A stretch of DNA of 64,000 nucleotides from Tricharina praecox (GCF_024521635.1 NW_026250418.1:1-64000), one strand, 5' to 3'. Numbered from the stretch's first letter, positions 1 to 13,998 are shown. Notes: a model not told the origin generated them from the sequence alone. Numbers and translations are program-made.

Positions 1-732
1 CGATATACACACACCGGTGACCTTTTCCACGTCCACTGTCCATTGTCCAGCTCAACTTTTCGTCAAGCGGCCCGGCCCGATGTGGGCGTGGCTTCCCCTG
101 CCCAGCCCGACGCCCTGGCCTCTTCCGAAGATAGATACACATAGTAGAGGGAATCAGGGAGACGAAGCTGCAGGAGGAAGAGTCCGCTCTGAGCTCTGCT
201 CGCCATCAGGAGATGCCACGAACGGCCTCGTCTCCGCCAGCATTTCTTCCCACTCAGAGACCTCACACCCCGTATCTTCCCTAGCGAGTCAGCGACCTCA
301 GCAATCTCCAGGATCCGCCTGCACACATGATACATCAATAGCGGCTAGGAAACTCAACACGGCCTGGCAGCACCGCCAGCGAAGCGGCCATTTTGCCCCC
401 CCCTCCCCCCCCCCCCCGCCCCCCTCCTCCTCCGGGAGGCCAAAGCTCTACCCAAGGATCTCTGCTGGAGCCAAGCTAAAGTCCAAGCCTGAATTCTCAC
501 CCCTGACAACTCCAAATCTCCAAGTCTCCAAGTATTGAAGCCGGCCACCGAGTGATAGTGAGTGCATCCGGCAGCAGCGAACCGCGCCGATCAGCGTCCT
601 TCAAGAACCACATCCCGCTGCATGACCAGCCCGACTAGCACGCTCCCGGCGCGGATATCAAACCGAAGTTTAATCGGGTCGCAATCGGCAGCACCCGCAG
701 CCCGCAAGCTGCAACCTACAAGCCGCCGACCG

Positions 733-760
733 CAACAACAACAACAACAACAACAGCAAC
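733..760 (+). repeat. (CAA)n microsatellite
   Basis: caacaacaacaacaacaacaacagcaac, directly upstream of the CCATAT minisatellite. Confidence 0.85.
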
Positions 761-769
761 CGCCTACCA

Positions 770-1318
770 TCCATCTATATCCACCCATATCAATCCTTAT
801 CCTCCCATATCAATCCATTTACTCCCATATCCTCCCATATCCGCCAATATCAATCCCTTATCAATCCATATCCACCCATAAATACCATATCCGCCCATAA
901 ATGCTATATTAATCCATATCCTCCCATATCCATCCATCAATACCATACCCGCCCCATAAATCCCATGTCAATCCCATAAATCCCATATCAATCCATCTCC
1001 TCCCATATCCACGCATCAATACGATATCCACCCATAAATCCTATATCCACCCATATCCACGCATGAATACCATATCAATCCCATAAATCCTATATCAATC
1101 CATCTCCTTCCATATCCACGCATCAATACCATATCCACCCCATAAATCCCATATCAATCCATCTACTCCCATATCCACCCATGGATACCATATCAATCCA
1201 TCTCCTCCCATATCCACCCATGAATACCATATCCACCCCGTAAATCCCATATTAATCCATATCGTCCCATATCCACCCATGTATACCATATCAATCCATC
1301 TCCTCCCATATCCACCCA
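770..1318 (+). repeat. Degenerate CCATAT-based minisatellite, copy 1
   Basis: ~550 bp of imperfect units such as atcaatccatatcctcccatatccaccc, almost G-free on the + strand. It is the reverse complement of the arrays at 14587-14941 and 50708-50820. Confidence 0.9.
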
Positions 1319-2786
1319 GTACTACTGGTACTATCAGCCAGCCAACTTCCAAGTGCCAACCTCCAAGTGCCAAGGTCACCGTTACTATCCTGCGCTTGTA
1401 AATTTGTTGCAGTGCATGAAGTTGGCAAAATCGTGACCGGTGCAGATAGGTTGATAACGAGTGGTACCAAAAGCATTCGACTGGATTCCGCAGAGCAACT
1501 TATGCAAGTTAGTAGAAACAGGCTCTCTACCATTATGTATTTAGCAGCGTACATTCCCTCCTCCCTCGTCCCGAGGCTTTTATAAAAACTGGACAGAAAA
1601 ACAGGCTGCAATAATCCCCACGAGACCAGCTGCTCAGTGGTGCCCCTAATAATTGGCACTTTTACACCCAGCTGCTCGTAACTGGAGCCCAGACTCCCGC
1701 GGCTTTCCAGTCTTAGTAACCCAGCTATGAGAGCATGTATCTGGTACTTTTATAGCCCCAACTATCTTCCTGTAGCAAACATTACATTTTTTTTTTTTGA
1801 CAATGAGCAGAATTGATACGGTGACGAATACTAGACGTGTGCCTCGCGAGGCCACGGCGACCGTGATGGTACAAAGCAGCCGCCACTACCAGCACAGCTG
1901 CAACCAGACTAGTCGAGACAGAAAGTCGTGTGGTTGTGTAGACGCACTACCGCCTCTCAATGGGGCATGCTATGTATGCACTGCTACAAATGTACAACCG
2001 CCCGGGCATGGAGGGGATAGTATGGTACTCTACTATGGCTTATCGAATGGCCTGGTAAGTGATGTCCCATCTTGAATCCGGTGCTGCAATTGCCATGGTT
2101 AGAGGAGGCACTCTCACTCTCATACAGTAGGCGGTAATGCAGGATTATGGACTATCTACTTCCTACCTTCGGTATCATACCTAGTACGAACCACCAGCAC
2201 CACATCACAAGGTATCACCCCCACTACCACCACCCCTCGCTCTTCACCACCCATCGTTCCTCAGTGCTCACCATCCAGTGCAAGTGTAGTTCAGCAGTAC
2301 CGGTATCCCTTTTGTACGCGTCCGTCGATCTATATACATACACACCCGCCCACCCAATGCCCATCCCAATGCCATCCCCCAATGTCATCCCCCATCCCAT
2401 TCCCCATGGCCCATCGATTCCAATCCCAATACCCGGAACCCGTCTCCCCTACTGTCCTGTTGAATACACACATATATACAGCCAAAAAGCCACCAAAAAG
2501 CCACCGCCACCACCGCCGCTCCCAGCTCAGAAATTAAAAGAATTTCAAAATGAAAACTAAAAAGTAAAAAACTCCTTTCCCCCGTAGCCAGCCCCCACCC
2601 CTAACCGCGACGCCCGCAAACAAAAAAAAACACAAAATCAAAATCAAATGCAAATACACAGAAAAAGCAAAGCAGTAGACCTCCCAAGGTACCAAAACAA
2701 CAGTAAGGAACCTGAACAAAAGGGATAAATAAGACAGACATGAAATTGAAGGAGGTATCTCGAGATGAAAAAATGTAAAGAGAGGT

Positions 2787-2790
<4 letters not shown>

Positions 2791-2849
<59 letters not shown>

Positions 2850-2871
2850 GTGTGTGTGTGTGTGTGTGTGT
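2791..2871. repeat. Compound (AG)n-(TG)n microsatellite
   Basis: Uninterrupted AG run followed by a TG run, downstream of the DUF1365 gene. Confidence 0.95.
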
Positions 2872-3082
2872 ATGAGGAGTGGTGTCCATCTAGAGCCCCT
2901 ATGATCGCGAGTGGAAATTGGTATGAAGGAAATAAAAGGCAGAATAAAAAGGTATAAGTGTCGAAATAATAAAGGATAAGGAGCGAATGGCCAACTGTAC
3001 AAACGCCAGATGGGACAATAATATCTACAGCAAAATAAATGGCAAACCGGAATGAAGTGGGTGATCGCGATCGGGTAGTCGA

Positions 3083-5039
3083 TCAGTAGAAGTGCCAGGC
3101 CGCGGCCACATTCGCCAGCACCACCACGCCGATCAGACCGACGGATTTCGCAAGCGACGCGAGCAGCTCGACGTTGCCCGAGTCGCCGAAGCCAAGGACG
3201 TCGGCCACGACGGCGTGCAGCACCTTCCATCTGTACATTGCGCGAGCGCGGGGACAAGCGGCTCGCTGCAGGAGGTAGAACTCGTCCATGGTGTTGAGAT
3301 GGCTGCTAGGACGAGTGCGAGGTGGCGGAAGCGTGGTTCCCGAAGCGGCTGTTCGGAGTTCCTTCCTCGTCTTCCAGGCTCGTAATAACGAGATGAGCCG
3401 CCAGGTCCAACCAGGGGGTGCCTCCCGAGCTTTCTGCCGGGAGTCTCTCTCGAGGATCTTCTTGAAGAGCTTGATTCCTCCGTCCCCCTCGACGGTGACA
3501 AGCCGGAAATCCGGCTGACTGGTTGTGTAGTCCATCCACAGCGTCTGGGATGGATCCTGTGTGGCGAAGAAACGCATAAAAAACCGGGGGTTCAGCACTC
3601 TGAGATGGAGCTGCTTGATTCCGCCCTTGCTGGGTTTGCCATTGGAAAAAGTGACCTCCGGATGAGTCCTCATTTTGAGAGGAGTGCTCTCCGGAAGCGT
3701 AACCTTGACCTCCAATCCCCCGCGGAACTCCATGACCTTGGCGCGAAGGTAGCACATGAACAAGGTCTGCATTTCCCGCTCGCTCCTGGTGGCTTCCCTC
3801 CTGATGCTCCCCGTGAGAGGCTCGGGCCTAATGTAGAAAGTTGCCTTCTTCTTGTACAACTTCCATGCTTCGTAGAATGCTTGCGGAACGGAGAGGAACG
3901 TGTTGTACCCCCATGTCAGGCCGATATACCATCCGCGGAACAGACTGCCCGTGAGCAAATCGAAACTATTCGAGTGGGAAAACGCCCTGGCCACCATGGT
4001 CTTCTGGCCCTCCTTGTCGTATACGGCCATGTGCACGTCCAAGCTCGGATTCCATGGCGTCGCGATCGGATCGTTGACTTGGATGACGTAGGAGCCCGAA
4101 CGATGGTTGAAGCTCGAGATGTGAAAAACCTTCTCCATGGTGCCCGCAAAGAGGTAGCCTTTCCGTGCAGGAGGATTGGTAGGATTATCGGAGCGGAGAA
4201 CGTAGACGTGTTTCTCGCCGAAGGTATTGAGGACTTCGAGAACGACGAGCTTGAGCTCCCTCGAAGCGGAATAGAGATAGTAGTACGAAACCGGGTTGAA
4301 CGAGTATCCGAAGAACGCGGGAGTGGTGACGAGATACGCAAGCGGGTAGTCGGCGGGGTTAAGGCCCTAATCGGCTATGTCAGTATGCCCGGCAATCAAT
4401 GGAGTCTCGAAAAGGACTTACATGGCCGAGAAGCACACTGTCTAGTTTCTGATCGAATGGGAGATCCGAGTTGATGTACCTGGCCGGGTCGACGCTGAAG
4501 AAGGTAAAATCCTCCTTGAGCGTTCTTCCCTCCTCTTCGGCCTTCGTCTTCTCCGATCTGCTCGCCTTGATGGACGCAACCTTCCCGATCGATCCCCGCA
4601 TGGTGAGAGGGAATCCGACGTAGAGCAATGGATACTTGAAGCTGTGTTTTGTCGGTATGAATCGCGCATGTGTGGTGGAAGCAAAGAAGAATGTCGGTCT
4701 TAATCCCTCTGGGCATCCCATGCTCGGGCCGTCAATTGGGGCGCTGAAGAAGCACCGGATGATGGACGGGAGAGTCGAATACAAGATGCCGACCACCAGC
4801 AATTCGCCCAACGCACGCCATGGCGTGGGTCCGTTCGCCTGAACGGCATTGGAGAGGAGGACCGATCCTATCGAGATGCAGAATGCTGCTAGTTGTGTGG
4901 ATATGCTGACTGAGATGAAGGAGTGTATTGCCGCTGACCAGAACCATGCCGACTTGGAGGCGACAGTGGTCTTGACGGGGCCCAAAAAGCGAAGATTCGG
5001 GAAGCAAAAGTCTAACATCGAGAAAGAGTGGGAGCCCAT
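3083..5039 (-). CDS. DUF1365 family protein, 2 exons (5039-4422, 4366-3083), ~633 aa, with hydrophobic N- and C-terminal segments
   Basis: Spliced translation gives DUF1365 motifs: THARFIPTKHSFKYPLLYVG, LVTTPAFFGYSFNPVSYYY, LEVLNTFGEKHVY, KVFHISSFN. Intron 4421-4367 is GTAAGT...ctgac...TAG and keeps the frame. Confidence 0.88.
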
Positions 5040-8000
5040 TGCGGTGCTTCGATGTTGATGTTGTCCGCGAATCGGATGAGAGTGTTGTCGAAGGAAAAAG
5101 ACCGATACGAGTGAGATTGTGTGCTTAAGCCGATCGAGCCAAAAGTCGAGATTAAACGAAGTTTGCGGGGAAGACGAGATAAAGAGTGAGCGGGACCACA
5201 AAGAAACAAGTGCACGTGGTGGATCGATTGGGTATGCAACTCGCAAACAAATAGATAACCGTAAATACACTCAAGAAGTGCAGTTAGAAGGCGTGTACGA
5301 AGATTGCGATAAACTTTTAGGCTTAGCGCAGGTTCGGAATGTGGTACAGTCGGGATGGAATGGCGATGCCGAAGATTTTCGACAATGTCTTGGCTTTCCC
5401 GGATGTTCGGTGGAAAAATATTTTGCCACCGAAGGCAGGCGACGGGATGGAGATGACCCGGATTCGTACTTTCCAGATCACTGTCCGGTGGCTGTCGCGC
5501 AAAAGGACCGCGGACCGATGATATCTCTTACTGTGGCGGCGGCGCGTGTGCGTGTGCGACGTTCCACTCGAGAACAAGGAGGACCGGTACCACAATTTCC
5601 ACTGCGGCAGGTCCCTCCTTCAGGTGAAGTTCTTCCTCTTCGTTGTATTCGAGACTTCTTGCCAGTATCCTCCCTGTTGTTTTGGAGGTTCTGGTGGTGG
5701 AGCCTTGTGGGGTGATAGAGCGCTGTTGTAAGAAAACAGTCGGCTATACATGCTCCAGCGCTAATATGTTGTTGTAGTTGTCGAGGTGCAGACTTGCTCG
5801 ATCGCTCCGGGACTTTCGAATATCTCGAGTGAGGAAGTGGGGGAAGGCGGGGTTACTATCGTGATGTTCAATGTATATTGATGTGGTTGCAGGTTCACCA
5901 ACATATGACCGATGTCGGTATACTGTCCGACCATTAACGTTAGAGACAGGTCATATTGCGCACAGGCCAGGTGATCGACTCACAGTGATGCTCTTCCACG
6001 GTACTCGAGCGACAGCAGATGGAAGGCCGGATACGGTAATCGTGTCCGTTCGATGGAGATCCGGTATCGTGGACTCGGGAGGGAGGGATGCAGTGGATGG
6101 ATGGATGCGAACGCGTGCGGGCGAGATGGAAAGGTACGAAGTTCGGGCCGAAGTACGTTTGGAACAGCGGAGATTCTCCGAAATGATACGAGAAAAAAGG
6201 GCTGGATGAGATTTTCGATCTATAAAAACTGGTCGAGATATGTGTTAGGCACTGCCATCCGGTTCGTCCACGTCCACGACGTCACTTCCCACCACCAACA
6301 CCACCACCAACTCCAAGAAAGATGCAGGATACATACACCAAGACAAGAAACCCAAGGGGAGCAAGCAGCAGCAGCAGCAGCGAAGCGGAGATCTAAGGCA
6401 GAGGGGATCGGCCAGCTAATGGTAGAAGGAACGTGGCTCGGGTCGGAGGTGTCAAGCTACAGCAGTGTCGGTGTTGGCAAGAGAAAACTGTTCCACATTT
6501 CGTGCGTCGAAGCTATAATCTGAGATATGCAAATTGGGGGGAGGGGGTGTTCCAGACGGACGGGAACACGATGAGCGGCGGCGGAGGCGGCGGCGGGCGA
6601 GTAGACTGAGAGGCAAGAGAGGTCCGCGGTCCGGAGGAAGAGGACGTTAGAAGTCTAGAGCAAAGGGATGGGGAAGGGAGGGACTGCGGGCAGTATTAAC
6701 GTCCCAGGAAGAGATCAGCCTTTTGTGAACGCAGTTGGAAAGGCCAAAAGGACCGGGTCCTCGCTGTCCCAAAATTCGAGACAACCTCAACGGCCTCCTC
6801 CTCCTCTTCCTCCTCCTCCACCACCCATGTCGTTTGTCTGATGTGCCCAGTGCACGCTGTGGGATGGAGGTGGGAGGGGGGGGCAATTCAGTTCCGCAGC
6901 TGTTTCCCTGTCATTGAGGACCAACCCTGATGACATGGGCGGGCCAAATTCCAGGGAAGCCATTACAGCTGCGATCTCCTTTGGGCCTCGGATCTTCGAA
7001 TCTGGAGAGACGACCAAGGTGGGAGCAAGGGCGGCAGCCCCGAATGAGGCAAGAGGGGGGGTCCAAGGCGCGTCCCATCCGGGCGCTGGCTCCTGGTCTT
7101 GCACCTGGGGGTTGAGTAGCGACGCGGACGAGAGCACTGGGAGGAGACTAGGACGCGTAGATGTCTCGAACCGTGTGGATTCGAAGCACGCACGGGAGTG
7201 CTGAGCCTTCCGTAAAGAGCTCGTGCTCCGGGGCCGTAGCACGCGCCAAGCCCGTCTGCGCGACAAGTTGTCGGACCATGCACCGGTTGCGGCAGTTGCG
7301 CCGGTTGCGCAGCGAACTGTGGGATGTCGCGGTGTCTCACGTTGCTACTCTACTATCCACCACCAGCACCACCAGCACCAGTGGCCATATTACGACCATC
7401 ACCATCACCACCATCACCACCATCACTACCGCAGGGCGGATTTTCGATACGACACGCCGGCCCACGATGTGCGTGGTGGTGGGATACAAGAAGTAGGCTG
7501 TCAAGTACTATAGGTTAGATACTTACTTATGTACACTTCTCGACCGCAGTCTTCACCCCCCTCCCCCCTCTTGAAGACGGCGATGAGGATTCCCATCCAT
7601 CCAGCCAGCCAGCCGCTGGTCGGGCCAACGATTGTCCCCCCCGCTCGACTGTCGTCCAGCTGCGCGATAGATAACCAACTAACGTGGAAGACTCGGCACG
7701 TCAACTACTCTAGTTACTGCTCACCTGCCCGTGGAGAAAAAAAAATTATGCATCCAACGCGGTTTTTCCTCTCCATTGCAATTCCGGCATTCGAGAGGCC
7801 AAGACTCCAATCAAAGGTCCACATCGAGCCGTGCGGAAGCAGCAGAATAAACACCCGCAACACGCCACGAACCAGTGAGCATCACGGTAGCTATTGCGGG
7901 TGCATACGGGGGGAATATTTAATCCTCGCGGTGCTGCCCTTCGAGCGGGATCGGAGCGGAACGAAGGGAGTGACATGCGCGCGTGGAATCGTTGAGGGTG

Positions 8001-9495
8001 CGGCCATCAATCGTCATGGGACGGAAAGAAGCCTGCCCCTGACCCTGGCGATGCCGCACTCTACATGTCAGACAGGTCCGGTTGGATGCTTGCTACTGCT
8101 CTATAGAGTACTAGTATCCTGTATAGATGCTGGGTATACGCAGACAGGTACCGCCCGGCACTTCGAACGAGAGAGCGCACCAAGATGTCCTATGTATGCG
8201 TACTCTCTACACCTACATACCCGAGGAATCCCCCCGTCGCGGTTCCCCGCGTCACCTGTCGGTGGGGTGCTGCAAAACTAACACTCTTTGGCAGGTCGAA
8301 ACTCTCTCTCTGCCTATCTCTCTCTCCCTCGAGCCGTGAGCTTATCCCGACGACAAACAGATGCAGCTCATCGCGTGTGTATGTACGTATGACTTATCCG
8401 AGATCTCTCCCCGGGTCACTCTGTCTCGGTTGTCCAGAGGAGGTGTAGGTAATACTTTACTCCGCTATATAGTTGGTAGCCGCCTGCCGTTCCGCTCCAG
8501 ATATGTAGTTGGATAGATATGGACCTGTTCCGCGCTGTCTTCTCCGCCGGACTGGCGCGGGCTGCCTCTTCTATGTACTGCCTGCAAGCACCTTACGATG
8601 CATGCATTGTGTGGTGGTGGTGGTGGTATGTATATGCAAGATGATGGCAGCAGTGTTAACGGTGAGGATCGACAATCTGGTTGCCCATCATCATCGTCAT
8701 CATCACCACAATCCCCATCGCGACTGCCTTCACCGACGCAGCCGCAAAGCCCATGCCGCACATCCGCCGCAGAGCCATTCCATACATCCGCCACAGAGCC
8801 ATACCGGTAGTCTCATTGGTCAGCCTCATGACCCGTTGCCGAGTATGTAGGCCCCGTGCAGAATGAGCGGCATCGCACTCGCAGATATGGATTCTTCGGG
8901 CTGTACTTACATAAATAAGTACCGTATGCGGCGTTCCCACCACTGTGACTGGCAACTGTCAACTGCTGGATTCTGCTGGTTCCTGCTACATCAACGAACC
9001 TATGTAGAGTGTTATAGCGTAACACACACACGTCGTTCTGCAGGCCTGGCCGTTAACTAAGTAGGTAAGCAGTTGACGTTGAAGGCGCCTCATGCACTGC
9101 GTGGGCGGCGGAGTGAGGTGGTACATACTCCACATACACGTCTTTTTTTACTTTTCCTACCGTATGTAGAGTATGTTACTATATAGCCCGCGCAGCTGCC
9201 GCAGGCTCGCAGCATCACCAACTTTCGAACCTTCGTCGGAGCTGAACCAAGTACCTAAGTGCTTACTTAATGTAACTACTCTATATACTTTATCTTTACT
9301 ACATACTTCACTGTACATAAAAAGCGGTCAAGTCTACTGTAGCATCGGCACATCGGCGGCCGCCCGACTGTCTCGGTCGTTCAGAGGACAGCTTTCGCCG
9401 TGCCTATCCGCCAGCCGTCGTTCATCTATCTACTCTAATTTACCACCACCCGCATCTACCCTAGGTACAAAGGTCTTGGGTATGTGTGTATCACG

Positions 9496-9496
9496 A

Positions 9497-9551
<55 letters not shown>
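9496..9551. repeat. (AAAG)n microsatellite
   Basis: About 14 perfect aaag units. Confidence 0.95.
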
Positions 9552-10550
9552 CAAAACGCCTCCATTCTCCCCTTCCCGACCCCACCATGCAAACCTCCAC
9601 CAACACCCCTTCGCCCCATCGACCTTGCCAAAAAGGCGCTCAGGAGCAAAACCAAAACCAAAACAAACCCAGCAAGAAAAACGCCACATACGCCCCTTCC
9701 CTTTGGCAGAATCGCAGACATCGCAGGCTTCGGCTCAATCCGCATCGCCATGCGCGAATACCGTGTCTGCCGATCTGGATTGCCACCTCCCCCTCCTCTC
9801 CCATAAGCACTTGTCTCACGATTCTGGCTGGGCGGGAACCCAGCGTCGTCCATCTAGAGTTGATGTAGCATCCGCAGCTCGTTATTGGTGCACGATACTA
9901 GTATGTAGAGTAACTACCAAAGGAGAATCGAATTACCTGCAGGCTGCTGCAGCTGAGGAATTGGAGAGTACTACTCTACCTGTGATAATACGGTACCGTA
10001 CCGTGGAAGCCGAGAGTTCTCTCCTGCTTCTACTTTGAGTTCCCCTTCTTCCGCCTTGAGTTCCCCTTTTTCTTCAGACAGGCCCAAAGGGCTCTCTGAG
10101 CCTGCAGTCTAGAGTCTGGAGTCATACCGTTCGACGGTTCAATGAATCGATATAGGATCGTAGTTTTATTAATAGGTAGAGACATACAGATTCCAGATTT
10201 CAGCTGATGATTGATGATTGATCTACCGCTCCGGCTTCGTACATTAGGTAGGTACCAATTGGACTTTTCTGAACCCATGAGTGCCTACGTACCGTACCGT
10301 ACCAACCAGATAACCAGAGTTCCTAGTTCCTACACAGCTGAGCTGAAGTGGAAGCAACCCCCCTTCCTCACATACCAACAACCTCATCAATTGGCTCCCA
10401 TACTTCCAGTTCCTGTCTCTGTTCGTTTGCCTTGCAGATCTCCTGACTTCATTAGATATATTTCCGATCTATTCGAAGCCCGTGTATCGAACTGGGCACG
10501 GGCAGGGGCTGCCGCGGGCCGGGTCGTAAGTTTGAGTTGCAGATGCCAGG

Positions 10551-10553
<3 letters not shown>

Positions 10554-10619
<66 letters not shown>

Positions 10620-10633
10620 TGTGTGTGTGTGTG
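10554..10633. repeat. (GT)n microsatellite
   Basis: ~80 bp GT run with one interruption. Confidence 0.95.
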
Positions 10634-13157
10634 ATCGCCGACACGCCCCTACGAGTATCTCTGCACTGGTACCTGGTTAACCACAATCGGCGCGGGGCAT
10701 AGACGGTGGGTTTTCGGAAGATTTCTTGTCTTGTCTTGGTGGATGTTTCGGTAGGATAGGGGAGGGGGAGGGGGGAGGGTCCATGTAGAGTTTGGACGCT
10801 CGGTTGGTCGGTCGGTTGGACGGTGGGAGATGGGCGATATGATGGCGGAGAATTGGATAAATGCATAATTCCGCTTGCACCGAGGTTCTGTGTGTCTGTG
10901 TGTGCTCGTGTGTATAGTAGAGTAGAGTAGGTATGCATACCTAGATCGCCTCGAGCCCTGCCCTGCCCTGCTCGCGCAATCCACGATCCAATCCGCAAGC
11001 ACAAGCCCAAACCCAAGCTAAAATTCCTCAAGCCCAAGCCGCAAGTCCCCATGCCCAAACGACAGCGACAACGGCAACGGAAACTCCGAATCTCCGTTGC
11101 CCCTTCCCTTCCCCCTTCCCCCTCAATAACCAGCTCAATAACCAGGCTTCAGCCCAGGCCCTACTGCTCTATGTACTCTTTATTAGTACCAAGAGTACAG
11201 TCCACCGACTCCCGAGGCCCGCCGATGTAGGTATGAATCCAAAGCTGTAACCGCCGGCCTATCAAACTCCAAAATTTGCCCACACGTAGACATCCCAAGT
11301 AAAAACGCTCTGTAGGTACCTATGACCTAGGTTGAGTAGGTACTTAGGCACCTAGGTAATCAATGCTTGCTTGCTTGCTTGTCTGCTGATGCAACCTCCG
11401 ATCACAACTATCCATGGAATGCATGCACACATCCTTCACACATTCTCGAAAGTCCAGGCTCGATTCATCCTCCACCGGGCACCCAGGGTCCAGCACCCCA
11501 TCAGCCAACGTGCGCTTATTTACAGGCGGCAATTAGCGATGCATACCAACAAAGTAGTCACTTATGTATTGATCATCTACGCAGCCCAGACCCCAGACCC
11601 AAGGCGGCCAGCCCCCGTCTCCCGTCTCCCGGTGCCGTCGTAACGCCAAGCGAGGGGCGAGGGATGAGGGATGGGGGTCGGCCCTCGGAATGAGCCGTCT
11701 TCGCCGGTATGCCGGATGGATAGGTAGCCGGGGGGAGGGCCGGGGGTTGGCACATAGACACATTCGGCGTGCACATACCGTAGGTTGGTATAGGGTACCA
11801 ACCGCCCAGGCTCCGATTCCTCACGCCACCATCGCAGCCCATCGGTCCATCTTCGCCCCGCCCTGTCCATCTTTGCCCCGCCCTATCCGTCCCGCGCCGC
11901 CTTACTCCTTGCTACCCAGTCTCCCATCATAGGTACAAACCTCGATGCAGTGTGCACACCCTCTCAAGCTCTCAAGCTCTCAGGCTCCCAGACCCCCCTC
12001 CACCGCTCGCTCGCTCGAGCCTCGAGATGCGATGCGCTGCGATGCGATGCGATGCGGCGGTGGCGTGGGAATGCAGCGATTAAACGTTCTGGAAACTCTG
12101 TTGCCCCATTCCCACTTCCCCACTTCCCCCCTTCTCCCCTCTCCCCGTCACCTCCTCCCGTCACCTGCGCCTTCAAAGTTCACACTCGTCCACGCGCACG
12201 CAAAGGCGCGGCCGAGAGAGAGCCGCATTCCGCACTTTTGACATTCCACGTTTCGCGTGTGAGTAGTTTGAACTTTGACATCATATCGGAGCTATCTTTG
12301 AAGGGTGAGGGGAGGGGGGAGGCTGCGTTTCCGATCATAACATCTCATCGCGGCCACGAGACGGGCAAAGCCGGACGAGCCGGAGCCGGATGATCTACCT
12401 ATTATCTTGATACCTATCATCTGCCGATCATAGCGGGGAAGATGGGGAAAGATGGGGGGGAGGTGCTATCGATATACGGCACGAGGTATCCAGGTATCCA
12501 CTGGCCTTGCTTGGTCAAGGTACATAAGGTATCATACTCGTACATACATAGTCCGCCTCGAATCAAATCACGACGACAGAGATCGTGGACGGGAAATCTT
12601 TCGGCCGCACGGCAATGTGCAATGTGTAAAGTGCAAAGTGCACAAACGAGCCGTATGCCTTGAATCGATTGAATTATAATCGATCGTGATTCGTTGCTAT
12701 TTGCCCCTCCAGGGCCTCCACCCCGCCACACGACGATCGGCCGGCATCCGAGGTGCGGTGCGGTGTGCTGCGGTGCAAAGGTACGTACGTACGTATGTAT
12801 CGTATGTATGAGGGATAAGGGGGGAGATGCGACGTGACGTGACGACGCTTTACGTGGCGGGCCGCGGCATATCACCCCCGGGATCAAGCTCTGCCGAGTC
12901 AACATGGATGGATTTCTCAAGAGCATCCCCGGTATGTACCGAGGCATCCCGTAAAACCGAGTGATATCGCAAGCATGCCATCATCTTTCGTCCACCCATC
13001 CCATCCCCACCTGTCTGACATCGAAACGAAAATCCTCCAGAGCTTCAGAGCTCCAACTTTGGGGTCGTGATAATCCCTAACCAACCCGGCACCGGCCGAT
13101 ACTCACGTAGATATGAGGTATGTACATGCCCCCACTCTCCACGTTGGTCGGCGGCTC

Positions 13158-13417
13158 CAGTGTTCGACATAGGGACTGCAGTTTGGACTGGACGGACGGT
13201 TAAGATCTGGTCCCGTTCGGCCATTTAGACGGACTGCAGAAACGTAGTGCGTCCACTCCATGGATCTCGTGGACTGGGCGCGGACTGCAGTCCGTCTTGC
13301 TTTCAAAAAAAATTGGACTAGGTAGTCCGTCCAAATACTGCCCCGGACGGACTACCAAAATACATTCCAGTCCAGTCCGAGGCTCAGGACGGACGGACTG
13401 GACGATGTCGAACACCG
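13158..13417 (+). mobile_element. Non-autonomous hAT-type MITE, family A, copy 1
   Basis: TIRs CAGTGTTCGACAT...ATGTCGAACACCG, many internal GGAC/GTCC motifs, and clear similarity to 37119-37392 and 62685-62941. Confidence 0.85.
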
Positions 13418-13949
13418 GGCCGCGGCTCAGAGAATATTGACATGTCGGGGTTGAGAGGGGAGCCGGAGCGGGGTGAATATTTTTTTTGTTTAATCATTGC
13501 GAGCGCGGGATGAATAGCAACAATAACGGCTGCAATTGTGGGTGTGTGCGAGTGACAATGCGAGTGACAATGACAGTGGAAGACTGGTGGTAGTGGTGGA
13601 CTTGCGGGATATCCTCAGACCACGGGGTTAGATAAAACGGGAACGCGAGCGAGTGCGAACGTGTCTGGTGATGGAGGGAGAAGGCCGTCAGACGGGAGGA
13701 AAGGACCTTGAAGTGGAAAATTTTGAGTACCGGTTTTCATCTTTCGGATTTCCCCGTTTTTGACGTTCAGTTTTCATCCATCTCCAACATCTCCAGCCCC
13801 CAGGTTCAGAACTGTCGGATACCTTGGTTGGTATGGAAGTAGGTACACCATCAAGATCCTCGAGTCCTCGACCCAACCTCAAGGCCACCCCCACCAGTCA
13901 ATCCCATCCCATCCAATTCTACCCAAGGGCCAATTCCACCCAACCCCAT

Positions 13950-13998
13950 CTAATTCTGCATAATTCTGCATAATTCTGCATAATTCCGCACAATTCCA
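13950..13998. repeat. 10-bp tandem repeat (TAATTCTGCA), ~4.5 copies
   Basis: taattctgca taattctgca taattctgca taattccgca caattccac. Confidence 0.85.

Noticed and set aside
17..900. ORFs 17-538 and 562-900 as genes
   Set aside because: Low-complexity translations running through a poly-C tract, a (CAA)n run and the minisatellite, with no recognisable domain or splice-supported model.
3605..4474. 289-aa plus-strand ORF
   Set aside because: Antisense shadow of the DUF1365 gene.
5119..5751. ORFs upstream of the DUF1365 gene as a partner gene or uORF
   Set aside because: No motif and no consistent frame on either strand, so I cannot support a call.
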